Positions 52,241 through 64,000 of a stretch of 64,000 bases of DNA are shown in pieces. Positions within the stretch are counted from its first letter, which is position 1. The number at the start of each line of letters is the position of its first letter. The notes under the pieces are model-generated. The model saw nothing but the letters and a program-made list of their open reading frames with translations, had not been told where the DNA came from and ran no database searches. Origin of the DNA: Candidatus Latescibacterota bacterium (GTDB lineage Bacteria; Latescibacterota; UBA2968; SICM01); contig CBDCJO010000002.1 in the NCBI GenBank assembly GCA_965217865.1, positions 3,264,001 through 3,328,000 on the forward strand, written 5' to 3'. Made by a program: the position numbers and the translations under genes.

Positions 52241-52498
52241 AGAGTCGGATCAGCGGGGCAAAAGTGGCGTCAGAACGACTTCCGCCCTTCAGGTCAAAAC
52301 AGCCGCTTCTCAGACATGGCGAGTGGCGATGGGGCGACAAGGGCAACTCCAGGCTGGACCTGGGGCACGTTCACGGACTTCGAGGCGGGACGTTGGTGGG
52401 GGAGCCATCGGAGAGGGACTCGGGGTGCTTCACGTCGCTTGGGGAGGACGAAAGGACCGCCATTTCATCCGTCAGGTGAGTGGGTGATTTGAAAGCAC

Positions 52499-52527
52499 TT
52501 GACATTCTGTGGTCATTTGGCTACAAT
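52499..52527 (+). promoter_or_regulatory. TA operon promoter, probably giving a leaderless transcript
   Basis: TTGACA-17 bp-TACAAT, 8 bp before ATG 52536; no RBS. Confidence 0.75.
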
Positions 52528-52535
52528 CATTCTCA

Positions 52536-52874
52536 ATGATTAAGGTTGTCCACTACGTTTCGGAAAGCGGTACGGACTATTTCGATGCATGGCTCCAGAC
52601 ACAAAGTCCCGAGACCCGCGCCCGCGTCCAGACACGCATCGATCGAGTAGAACTGGGTAACTTCGGTGATCACGAGGGCGTTGGCGAAGGCGTCTACGAG
52701 CTTCGGATCGACTTCGGCCCCGGGTATCGGGTCTACTATGGCCGCGATGGTGAAGATCTCGTGATTTTGTGTGGCGGCGGGACGAAGAAACGTCAAGCCC
52801 ACGACATCGCAAAGGCCCGGACCTGCTGGAAAGCGTACAAACAGGAGAAACGAAATGCCCGTAAGAGAACATAA
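52536..52874 (+). CDS. RelE/ParE-superfamily addiction-module toxin
   Basis: RIDRVELGNFGD..VGEGVYELRIDFGPGYRVYY...GGGTK. Confidence 0.92.
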   Translation: MIKVVHYVSESGTDYFDAWLQTQSPETRARVQTRIDRVELGNFGDHEGVGEGVYELRIDFGPGYRVYYGRDGEDLVILCGGGTKKRQAHDIAKARTCWKAYKQEKRNARKRT

Positions 52875-53139
52875 GGTCAGCGACTACCTCAGAACGCCCG
52901 AGGACGCCGCCGCCTATCTGAACGCGGCGGTCGAGGAAATGGGCGACGATCCGCGCTTGCTCATGAAGGCGTTTCGCAACGTTGCCGAAGCGCGGGGTGG
53001 CGTGTCCGCGCTTGCGCGCCAAGCCAAGCTGGATCGAGTGGCCCTCTCCCGGGCTCTGTCTGGCCGACGAAATCCACGACTCGATACGCTCGCGAAAGTG
53101 TCCGCCGCTTGCGGTATAAAACTCCGTTTCTCGGCGTAA
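52855..53139 (+). CDS. Addiction-module antidote (HTH antitoxin)
   Basis: DYLRTPEDAAAYL...GGVSALAR...LSRALS..RNPRLDTL. Confidence 0.92.
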   Translation: MPVREHKVSDYLRTPEDAAAYLNAAVEEMGDDPRLLMKAFRNVAEARGGVSALARQAKLDRVALSRALSGRRNPRLDTLAKVSAACGIKLRFSA

Positions 53140-53233
53140 GGCTAATTATCAGAAGTCATATGAGGGTTCGTCAAACTGGGCCGATCCACATGGATTTCCT
53201 GCCGTACGGGGAAGGGTCTGCCTCACCTACAAA

Positions 53234-54004
53234 ATGCCCATCGGAGTCTGGGTAAACGAGACGGCTTGGTGTCATCGAGTCACCCACGGAGTCGTATGTA
53301 TGCTTGAAGAATACGAGCGGATCGACAATATCAAACTGATTCGGAACAACCTTCGACACATTGACTGTGAGCTTGTTTCGAACAAACCAGTCCTTATGCG
53401 GGTGGCAAAGGAGTGCCATCAATTGTTCTCGCGTATGATGGTTGAAGCTCTCCGCGGGACTGCGAACCTCGGCATCACGGGGAGGCCGCCCACAAAGACC
53501 AGGGAATATTGGTACCAGAAGAGCGCCGATCCTTGGAAGGCAATTCAGAAAGAGAATATCGATGGATGTAGCGAGGCCTGGAGGTATTCTGAGCCAGTTC
53601 TTGGTTTGCCTCCATGTTCTACAGAACGGGAAGGCGCGAGCTTGTCGCCTCCAGACGACTATCTCCGCGGCTTCTATGACCTCTTGGCGATGATCCAGGC
53701 ACCCTGCTTCATGCTTCAATACACTCACAGCGCAGTTGTTTCCGTCTCGGACACTGAGATGCAATTACTTGAATGGCTCCACGAGAAGATCCGAAACGAC
53801 TTCGAGCACTTCATGCCAAAGATCCTACGCGTATCCTCCACTGATTGTCTGCGTGTGTCCGAGATCTGTTTGCGGCTTACGATCAATCTCCTGACGAAGT
53901 CCAATAACATCACGCCGTATGGAATCGACGATCTCCACACCGAGCTTCGTTCAGCCCTTGTTTCTGTTGTGGCTTTACAGCCTAGGCCTAAAATAAGCGA
54001 ATAG
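53234..54004 (+). CDS. Hypothetical protein with HEPN-like Rx4H motif; N-terminus possibly chimeric
   Basis: LEWLHEKIRNDFEHFMPK. Confidence 0.55.
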   Translation: MPIGVWVNETAWCHRVTHGVVCMLEEYERIDNIKLIRNNLRHIDCELVSNKPVLMRVAKECHQLFSRMMVEALRGTANLGITGRPPTKTREYWYQKSADPWKAIQKENIDGCSEAWRYSEPVLGLPPCSTEREGASLSPPDDYLRGFYDLLAMIQAPCFMLQYTHSAVVSVSDTEMQLLEWLHEKIRNDFEHFMPKILRVSSTDCLRVSEICLRLTINLLTKSNNITPYGIDDLHTELRSALVSVVALQPRPKISE

Positions 54005-54425
54005 GCTTGTTGAGCGGTGTGTTATACAAGATTTCGGAGCATTTCAGACTTGTGACTTGGTGGAGATGATGTCTGGGCTGTTTTTGTGATTGTTCCGGCA
54101 TGCGATTGTCTAATTAACTGAGTTTGCGGACGTGTTCTAGCCGGGGTGGACGGACTTGTCCCTGTGATGTTACGACGACAGGTGCTGACATGGCAGTCAG
54201 GCCGGTTTGAGCCATCTAATTCTGTTCCAGGCCGGGAAGAAGTCAGTCATCCACCGGTTGTAGCCCAAGACACGATAGATGATCTGTCTTCCCCGGGTCA
54301 CGATCTGGCAAGGGATCCAGATCAGATTCTGGAGGAAGGCGCGAAACTCCATTCTCAGAAGTTGATCGCGACGCTCACGCTTTCGGATCATCAACGCGAA
54401 CCAGGCTTTGAGGTTCCACGCCAAC
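53987..54425 (-). mobile_element. IS1380-family 3' remnant
   Basis: LAWNLKAWFAL...MEFRAF...IPCQIV..GRQIIYRVL. Confidence 0.75.
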
Positions 54426-54477
54426 TCACGGAGGCAGAAGTGGAGAAGGTGATCAAATCGGCGCAAGAGGTTCTGCG

Positions 54478-57147
54478 ATGAGCCAGGGGCGGATCCGACA
54501 AACGGATCTGTTTGTCGGAGGGACGGAAGGGTATCACACGCACAGGATCCCGGCGATGACGGTGACGACGAAGGGGACGATTCTGGCTTTTTGTGAGGGC
54601 CGGAAATACACGGTGAGCGATACGGGTAAGATCGACATCATTTTGAAGCGGAGTTTCGACAACGGGGAAACCTGGGGAGAGGCACAGATCGTGGTGGAGG
54701 AGGGGGAGGACATGACGTGCGGCAATCCGTGTCCCGTGGTGGACCGGAAGGACGGTGCGATCTGGCTTCCCTTCTGCAAGAACAGGGCGGATGGCCCCGA
54801 GGAGCTTATCGTCGAAGGCAAGGCACCGCGCACGGTCTGGATCACCCGGAGCACGGACGATGGGGCCACCTGGTCCGACCCGATTGAGATCACCGGGGAC
54901 GTGAAAAAAACCGAGTGGACGTGGTATGCCACAGGCCCGTGCCACGGGATTCAGCTGAAAAACCACCGCTTGTTGATCCCCTGCGATCACCAGGTGGGGG
55001 TGAACTTCAACAGCAGCGACCCTTATCACGCTCACGTGATCTACAGCGATGACCACGGCGCCAGCTGGCGAATCGGGGGAATGTCCGATGAGGGTATGAA
55101 TGAGTGCGCCGCAGTAGAGACCGACGACGGGGCCATCTACCTCAACTGCCGGAACTACAGAAGGCACAGGAGACGGGCTTACGCCTGGAGCCGTGATCAC
55201 GGGGATTCCTTTCTTGAAACGGGATGGGACGACGCCCTGTTCGAGCCGATTTGCCAGGGCAGTCTCGTGCGGTATACCGACCGGGAGAGCGATGATAAGA
55301 ATCGGATCCTTTTTTCGAACCCGGCGAGTATTCAGGAGACGGCGGCCGCCGAATCGGCTTTGAGCGACGAGGTGCGGCTCACGAAGTCTCCGAGAACAAA
55401 TCTGACGGTCAGGGGCAGTTATGACGAATGCCGGACATGTACCGCCTCGAGGCTGCTGAACGGTGGGCCGTCCGCGTATTCGGACCTTGCGATCGCCCCG
55501 GACATGACGATCTGTTGTCTCTACGAACGCGGGGCAATAAAGCCCTATCAGCCCGTTGAAGAACTACCTTTCAACGCACATAAACGGAAAAGACGCCTGG
55601 AGTGCGGGTCAGATAAATCAAGGTAAGGAGATTGAGCAGGAGACGCTGATAAGAGGTTAAAAAGGTAACCGAGGGCAGCAAACGTGATTGTAGGACGAGC
55701 AGTAGACGCTGCAAGGCCTTGGCCAGGTCCTGGAGGGCCTTCGGAGTACCTACGCCCATCACTTTGCGCATGAGCAGAGCCAGGTTGCAGCCCCCGATGT
55801 GGATCAGCAAACGCTTGAGGATATTGCCGCGGTCTCTCAAGTGCAACCTGCGCATGCCACCGGTATCATATGTGTGAGCGATGGTTCTTTCCACCCGTTC
55901 TGCACGACTTCGGCGCAAGGCCTTGCCGCGATCTCCCTTGATCCGGCGTCGATTCGCATATACCGCGGCCTGCTCATCTCGTCGGCCGTTCCACTTGCGG
56001 CGTCCCCGATCCGGTTCTGAAATGTAACTCCGGATGCCGCCTTGCTTCAGACTGGTCAATACATCGTTGCTATGATATCCTTTGTCCGCAACCACCTCCC
56101 GTATACGCTGTCTGTGCAAACGTTTGGCAGCTTTTTCGTCCTTCGCGACCTGCTTGAGATTGAGCTGCGCCTCGAGCAGCGTCCAGGGCAACGACTCGGT
56201 ATCTCCTTCATCTGCTCCCGACAACGCCACTGCCACAATGGCATTGGTGTCCAGATCCACCGCGTGCTCCACCTTGTGCGCCATGTGCGTGCGACCGTCC
56301 TTCATCTTAGCGATCTTGGCATCCGGGTCGTGCGGGTGCTCCCAGTCCTGGTTCGATCCCTTCTTCGGTCGCTTCTTATCGATCTTGGACAAGTCCTCGC
56401 GGGTAGGCGTTTCAATGCCCGAGGCCTTGGCCAGATTCTCAAGGAATGCCTGGTAGCCTTCACCCGTGTCACGGCGTACAATGCTGCGCATCGCGGCGTT
56501 GGCCTCCAGTGTCGTAGCATCCACGCCCAACGTCTTCCCCTTCACCAGACCCGCTTTGCACAAGACCCTCAGGATCCACTTGAAAACCGCTTCGTGAACT
56601 TCCAAGGGAAGCCGATGCCGGATGCGAGACAGGCTGGAATGATCCGGGGTCTGTTCGTCAAGGGCATACCCCAAAAACCGGCGCAACGTCAGCGAGTCAG
56701 ATACACGCCATTCGATCCCACGTTCCGAATCAAGTCCCTCGAAATACCCAATCAAAAGCATCCGAAAATAAACCCCGGGCGGAATGCCCTTGCGACCCAT
56801 ATGAGGAGCGTAATACCGCTGGCAAAGCCCCTCGACGAACTCGTCGAAGCCGTTCGCCCCCAATACCTGATTCAGCTTCTCGTAGAACGGATGACCCGGA
56901 GATTTCACCAAAGTGTTCGATGCGATGAACAGGTTTTCCTGTCTCTGTCGTCCTCGTTTTCCCATTGCCATTTGCTCGTCCTCCCTTCTCAGTTTGAACC
57001 TGATATATCATAGGACCAAACCACAAGGAAAGACAACAGTCATCTTGGCATAAACGCACTTTTTCAACAGGCTGCTATGACAAGATTACCTTCGCACAAT
57101 TCGACCTGGAATGGCTCACCCACGGAGCGGATCGTTTACCCCAATGA
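54478..57147 (+). pseudogene. GH33 sialidase interrupted near its C-terminus by IS copy 2
   Basis: HRIP, Asp-boxes SFDNGETW / STDDGATW / SDDHGASW, AYSDL, YERG; tail YDKITFAQFDLEWL resumes after the IS. Confidence 0.9.
55549..57074 (-). mobile_element. IS1182-like element, copy 2; transposase 55571-56971
   Basis: Identical to 9555-11080; 4-bp TSD CTAT. Confidence 0.95.
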
Positions 57148-57238
57148 ATCGTGGGGATTCAGCAAATAAACAGGTGTCGTTTGCGGTCCAAGACCATCCC
57201 GGCCTAACCTTCAACCCGGATTGAGATAAGGAGAATCC

Positions 57239-58453
57239 ATGGGAAAGTCATACACCGTCCGCGCAGCGCACTGCGATCATCTTGCCCCAGACGCAGAGAT
57301 TTATCAGACTCTGCGGAGGGTCACCGACCCGCTTTCCCGGACCTGGAGCAAGATCGAGAAAGCGAAGAAGGTGGTCATCAAGTTCAATATGATGATGCCG
57401 CCCCACAGGGTCATCATGTTTAAAGGACGGCGAAGGGAGCTGGTGGACGATGCCGTCTGCCGCGCTACGCTGCGCCTCCTGAAAGAGCATACCACGGCGG
57501 AGCTGGTGGCGACGGATACGGATGTCTATTCGAAGGAAAAACTGATGGGGACCGACTTCAACTATGCCCATCACCTGAAGGCGTTCGGGGTCAAGTTTGT
57601 GGATTCCAACGCGCCGCCTTATGAAACCTTCCGGGTTCCTGGAGGGGGATCTATTTTCGATCAGTATAATTTGAACGCTTGCTTCGCGGAGGCGGATGCG
57701 GTCGTGTCGGTCGTCAAAATGAAAAGCCACGGCTTTATGGGCCTTACGCTCTGCATGAAGAATCTGTTCGGGTTGACGCCAATCTCGCCGCCTGCCGGCC
57801 GTGTCCGGAAATATTTCCACCACATTATCCGCCTTCCCTATGTCTTGCCGGACCTGGGGTTGATCACCCAGCCGTGCCTCAATATCATCGACGCGTTGAC
57901 CGGCCAGACGCACCGGGAATGGGACGGGAGAGGTCGGATCTGCAATGCGTTGATCGCCGGGGACCAGGTGACGGCAACGGACGCGTGCGGGGCACACCTG
58001 ATGGGGCATGATCCCACGACGGACTGGCCCACGCCTCCCTTCCGGAGAGACCGCAACCATTTGTTGATCGCAGCCAAGCGGGGTTTCGGAACCGTGGACC
58101 TGAATGAGATCGACTTCGAGAGTGAAGTTAGGGCCCCCCTGGCGGAGTTCGATTCCGCGAAGACCGATCCGCCTGAGACGGTTTTGAGCTGGCGGAAGAC
58201 GACCTGCGAACAGGCCTTGTTCTATCTGGATCAGAAAAAGGATATCGTAGATCGATTCCGGGGGGAGTTCGTCTTCCTTCAGGATGGAAAGGTTGTCTGG
58301 AGCGGGGACAATCCGTACCGGCTTCCCAGCAGAAGGCAATTGTGCGGAGATCACAAGGAGAAGGCCCTCTGGCTGAAACTCGTGGACCCGGATGAAGTGG
58401 AAGGGGAACAGTATCAAGTCTACGATCAGTGCCTGGGCGGGATGGCAGCGTAA
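57239..58453 (+). CDS. DUF362 family protein
   Basis: AAGGAG RBS; VVIKFN, KMKSHGFMGLTLCMKNLFG, IIDAL. Confidence 0.85.
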   Translation: MGKSYTVRAAHCDHLAPDAEIYQTLRRVTDPLSRTWSKIEKAKKVVIKFNMMMPPHRVIMFKGRRRELVDDAVCRATLRLLKEHTTAELVATDTDVYSKEKLMGTDFNYAHHLKAFGVKFVDSNAPPYETFRVPGGGSIFDQYNLNACFAEADAVVSVVKMKSHGFMGLTLCMKNLFGLTPISPPAGRVRKYFHHIIRLPYVLPDLGLITQPCLNIIDALTGQTHREWDGRGRICNALIAGDQVTATDACGAHLMGHDPTTDWPTPPFRRDRNHLLIAAKRGFGTVDLNEIDFESEVRAPLAEFDSAKTDPPETVLSWRKTTCEQALFYLDQKKDIVDRFRGEFVFLQDGKVVWSGDNPYRLPSRRQLCGDHKEKALWLKLVDPDEVEGEQYQVYDQCLGGMAA

Positions 58454-58467
58454 GGGAGGGGAAAGTG

Positions 58468-58560
58468 AAGATTGAATATTGAATATCGAAGAGATCCATA
58501 TAGCAACAAGAAAGTCCTGAGGTTTTCAAATATTCAATTCTACGATATTCAATCTTCAAT
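58468..58560. repeat. Intergenic imperfect palindrome built from 7-mers
   Basis: GAAGATTGAATAT...ATATTCAATCTTC. Confidence 0.6.
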
Positions 58561-58575
58561 GATTCGAGGAGATCC

Positions 58576-59095
58576 GTGAAGACGATTATCGTCGTGGCGA
58601 TAAGTTCCAACGGGATCATCGGGGATCGAGGCGGGCGCCCCTGGCATTATACGCAGGATATGAAGCGGTTTAGGAGACTCACGATGGGCCATCCGGTAGT
58701 GATGGGGCGAAAAACCTTCGAAAATGACGTCAAGAAGCCTCTAAAAGGACAGCCGAACATTGTGTTGACCAGGAATTCGGACTACGGGGCCCCCGGACGG
58801 GGTGAAGGTATGCTCAAGCCTGGAAGAGGCAGAGGCGACTTGTGAGGGGATGGGGGCGGAAAAGATGTTCGTAATTGGGGGCGCGGAGATCTACGAGCTC
58901 GCTCTTCCGGAAACCGACGAAATGGAGGTCACCTATATCCCTGAGGAGGTCCGGGGAGACACGGTTTTTTCGGAATGGGACCCATCCGAATGGGAGGCTG
59001 TGGAATCCCGGGAGTCTGAGGAGGGGCTTCGCTTTGTGACTTACAGGCGAGGCCAGGGAGGGAGGGAAAATGAAAAATGCAAAATGCAAAATTGA
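58576..59095 (+). pseudogene. folA: Dihydrofolate reductase with a +1 frameshift in a C-run at about 58790
   Basis: DMKRFRRLTMGHPVVMGRKTF; second frame VIGGAEIYE...GDTVF. Confidence 0.88.
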
Positions 59096-59265
59096 AAATG
59101 CAAAAGTCAGGGGCCAGGGAATGCAAATTTAAGGACTGGCCGCCGCTGAGCGAAGTAAGCCCGCGATAGGAGAAAGACAGAAAGTCGGACCGTCAGGTGC
59201 CGGCTTTTTCCTTAAGTAGGGGGGGATTGCAAGTGCAAGTTGCAAAGTGAAAAATGCAAAATTGA
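59068..59265 (+). repeat. AAAATG(C/A) heptamer tandem runs
   Basis: AAAATGAAAAATGCAAAATGCAAAATTGAAAATGCAAAA; second run near 59245. Confidence 0.6.
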
Positions 59266-59509
59266 AAGGCTCTCAGCCTTTGGGAGTCGCCAAAGAGATT
59301 TTGGTAGGAGCCGCCTCCCGGTGGCGGAAGCCGGTGGATCGTGATTCGGTGATCGGGAACTCCGGATTTCAAGATTTCAAAACGAACACTGCGGAAAATA
59401 TATGAGAATTGGCGTATCCGGTCAACTCTTGAATCCCGTGTAGCCAATGAATCCGTTTCAAAGCCCGCTATGTGTTTCTGGGGACTGTGCCGGATACGAT
59501 TCCGGGCTC

Positions 59510-59970
59510 CAGGCGCACGGCCGCTTCCGCTGTCCGGTGAGCTGTCGTAAGCTGGTGACCGGACCTACCGGTCCGGCTTCCGGTGAATACTTGCCGGAGG
59601 AACCTTCCGAAACGTCGAAAGGACGCAACCGGGCTGTTAAACAAGGCCGACGCGAAAAACAGAGAATCGGAGAATCCGGAAGAGATATCTCTGCTCAAGC
59701 GGACGCAACCCCACGGTTGCGCTCGAACACCGGGGGAACGCTTCGAGACAGAGAACCGGCAGAGAGGGGGGAAGATGGCCCAAGCGTTTGTGAATACGGC
59801 AGAAACGACAAGACCCTGAGGGGTTGCCCCACGGGGTCTTGCGTTAACGGACGACCGCCGAAGTTGGCGGATTGGAATCTGGCTCCCCATATGATCCTTT
59901 CCCCGGAACCATTCTCTGTTCGTCAGACGTAACATGCCGTATTGAAAGGATATATCGTAATTACGCCCGC
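59510..59970 (+). repeat. Dispersed non-coding att-like repeat, diverged copy
   Basis: Colinear with 3615-4070. Confidence 0.85.
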
Positions 59971-59990
59971 ACCGTCGAGGCGGAAACCAT

Positions 59991-60215
59991 ATGAAGGACC
60001 GGTACAACCTGGAATGGAGGGCGAAGGCCGAGAAAATGGAACACATGAGAAAGTGGAACAGCCTGGCCGAAGCCGTCCGCCTGGTCAACGGCGCCGGGAT
60101 CCCCTCGGCCTTCGCTCTGGAAGGCGCACACACCGACAGGAATGGGCACGGTATAATCATCTCCGACTCCGGGGGGTGGGTTGTTGGGGTGCGCCTTCGG
60201 GCGATCGGGCCTTAG
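59991..60215 (+). CDS. Small hypothetical protein
   Basis: GAGG RBS; 74-aa ORF. Confidence 0.4.
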   Translation: MKDRYNLEWRAKAEKMEHMRKWNSLAEAVRLVNGAGIPSAFALEGAHTDRNGHGIIISDSGGWVVGVRLRAIGP

Positions 60216-60441
60216 GAGCCGTTTTTGGGATTCGAATTTCCCCAGCTGGGGGGAATTTGCAGTCTGGACCTCGAGGCAGGATTTTCCCGGGACCTTCACC
60301 GGTCGTAACTGCCTTCGACTGAACACAAAAATCGCACCCGTGGGGGGTGCGATTCGTGGTTGTCTCGGGTTTTAGATCTCCGCTAGCCGAGTATCTCGCG
60401 AACCCGAGCTAACGCCTTTTGGTCTTCGTCACAAGTGTTCT

Positions 60442-60770
60442 TTACGCAGGAGTCGCTCTTGGGGGGGGGTCAACCCGTGGCACCGTGGCATCCTTTTGTT
60501 TACGAGGGATTGCGCGATCTTCAACCCGTGGCACCGTACCATCCATGCCACGGGTTGAAACACTCACAACTTCTTGTTTTTCAACACTTGACACGGTGCC
60601 ACGGGTTGAGGGGGGGGATATGTGCGCGTTCGGCTCGGAAACATCGTCTGAGTCGTCCTCCAGGTAGCTATCCCATGCAGAGAAGAACGCCTTCCACCGA
60701 TAGCCATTTCCTTTTTCCTGTTCAACCCTTAAAGTCTCCGTTCGAATCTCGTATTTATTCAAGAGCCTTC
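60442..60770 (-). pseudogene. DUF3631-like replication protein C-terminal fragment
   Basis: LNKYEIRTETLRV....GNGYRWKAFFSAWDSYL. Confidence 0.55.
60470..60609. repeat. Iteron-like cluster TCAACCCGTGGCA(CCGT), two direct and two inverted
   Basis: Copies at 60470 and 60521 (+), 60546 and 60593 (-). Confidence 0.85.
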
Positions 60771-60944
60771 CCCGTGCCGTGGATGAGATTCCCTTCCCGT
60801 TCTTTGCTCCGTCGGCGTTTGTTTCTTCATTTTCCGATCAGCCGGAACATGGGCCTTCGCGAGTTCCTCTGGATCGGACGGCATGCGCTTCCGCCCGCGC
60901 TTGTTTTCCCGTTTCTCTTTCATCGTGCTCCCCCTTCTTCACGA

Positions 60945-61467
60945 GCATGAATGGATGCGGAACTTTGCCTCAAAGGTGCCGCAATCCCGATGGGCCGACA
61001 TCAAGCCGTTTCTGTTGATAATCCGCGACGTCCCAGACCTGGAAGCCGGACAGAACGTTGTGAAGGCGTTCCTGTCCAGGTTCAGCAAGGAATACCCGAG
61101 CCTGTGCAAGTTGTCTCCGAGGATCCGGATGCTTTCCTGGCTTACCTTCACTTGCCCTGGCGACTCAGGAAATACGTGCGCACGACCAACCTCATCGAAC
61201 GCAGCTTCGCCGAGGAGCGACGCAGAACCAAAACGCTCCCTCGCTTCTTCACGGAGAAGAACTGCCTGAAACTCGTTCACGCCGTTCTCATTCGCGCAGC
61301 ATCCCGATGGCAGAACATCAACATCACGTCCATTGAACTCCTCCAGCTTGGAGCTGCTCTATGAGGAACGACAGATCGCACCACCAGTTGAACTGGTAGC
61401 CGTTGCGTGAACCTCACAGGACCTCCGATTCACACCATCCATTTTGCAGGACGCTTAGGACTTGACC
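60945..61467 (+). mobile_element. IS256 3' remnant with frameshifts, relative of 4816-6083
   Basis: LPWRLRKYVRTTNLIERSFAEERRRTK; shared terminal IR. Confidence 0.88.
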
Positions 61468-61620
61468 ACCGAAGGCTTCTGGAGTTTCTCCAAAAATCGG
61501 CTATATCAATACAGGAGGAATCCTTCGACACGGACAATTCGCGCCGTATGGCGAGGTTCGCCAGGAGGACCCGGTTGTGCAATCCCCGTTACTCGCGGGA
61601 CGATCTTCCCGAACAGGAGT

Positions 61621-63070
<1,450 letters not shown>

Positions 63071-63231
63071 GGCTCCGAGCTTGAGCTCCAGCGGGCAGAA
63101 GATGTCGTTGTAGTCATAGAGGTCCCACCGCAGTTTCGCCGGTCCCCATTAACGAACAGCCAGTGAACCGACCACAACGGGCTCCGCTGTCACGGCCCCT
63201 GCCGCTGTCGGGTGATCAGCCGGACCCCCGT

Positions 63232-63934
63232 GGAGTTGCTTGCCCCCGGTGAGGTGGTCCTGGGAAACCGGACAGTGGGTTAAGGTGTATTCCTAGGGCT
63301 GACGGAGGGAAATGAGATGAAGAAGAGGCGTCGGTGATCGCGATGGGCAGGTGGCTGCTGACCTGGTCAATCGAGATTTCACGGCTAACGGGCCTGATCA
63401 GCTCTGGGTAGCCGACATCACTTACATCAGTACGTGGGCCGGCTTCCTGTATCTCGCGGTCGTTGTGGACGCCTGGAGCCGCCGCGTCGTTGGCTGGGCG
63501 ATGGCGACCCATCTGCGCGCCGAGCTGGTGCTCGAGGTGTTGAATATGGCGCTCTGGCAACGACAGCCGGAAGCCGTCATCCATCACTCCGGCCAGGGAT
63601 GTCAGTACACCTCCATTGCCTTCGGTCTACGGTGCCGCAAGGCCGGTGTCCGGCCCTCTATGGGTTCCACCGGTGATTGCTACGACAACGCGTTATGCGA
63701 GAGATTCTTCGCCACGCTTGAATGCGAACGCCTGGATCGCCGAAACTACCGCACACAGGCCGAAGCCCGGATGTCCGTATTTCAATACGTCGAGGGCTGG
63801 TACAACCTCCATCGGCGACACTCAGCACTCGGATATCTCTCTCCAATGAACTTCGAGAAGACCTCCAGCGATGTCGCCCTTGCAGCCGACTGAATCGCAA
63901 CTGATAAACCGTCCGCTAAACCGGGGTAACTCCA
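63232..63934 (+). mobile_element. IS3-family element with internal deletion (integrase core 63351-63893)
   Basis: WVADITY, HHSGQGCQY, DNALCERFF, YNLHRRHSALGY; ends TGGAGTT.. / ..AACTCCA. Confidence 0.85.
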
Positions 63935-64000
63935 ACGGGGAATTTTTGTTTGATTTCAACCTGTTGAGGGCGTATATTGTTCCGAAGTCCCGGGTGATCT

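Noticed and set aside
57248-58417. 389-aa minus-strand ORF
   Set aside because: Antisense shadow of the DUF362 gene
59068-59265. Heptamer runs as a second CRISPR or coding repeat
   Set aside because: No spacers; they look like generic intergenic simple repeats

Overview
A heavily decayed accessory/defence island, probably from an FCB-group bacterium of the Latescibacteria/sponge-symbiont type (inferred from dockerin-like EF-hand and WD40 proteins). Core-like genes (sialidase, DUF362, folA) appear only near 54-59 kb. Apparently intact cargo: a fused methyltransferase-BsuBI/PstI endonuclease, an ABC-ATPase/TOPRIM protein, a type I RM operon with TIGR02391 (hsdR truncated), an NPPF/NPPY pair of hsdM genes, a RelE-type TA pair, DUF2806, and HNH-like, HEPN-like and ART-like orphans. 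There is also a 10-repeat orphan CRISPR array and many IS elements (IS256, IS1182 x2, IS200 x2, IS3, IS630, IS1380, IS5, IS4, IS1595-type MITEs). Between the cargo lie many abutting fragments of integrative or satellite backbones (repA starts, serine/tyrosine recombinases, terminase-like HTH, DUF3631 with iterons, a recurring att-like repeat), several joined at short microhomologies. The best candidate for an undescribed system is a coupled operon at 27773-29090: a 37-aa peptide, a SocA/Panacea-like winged-helix protein and a proteasome-beta-like N-terminal Thr hydrolase. Family assignments come from motif recognition by eye, with no database search; fragment boundaries are approximate.
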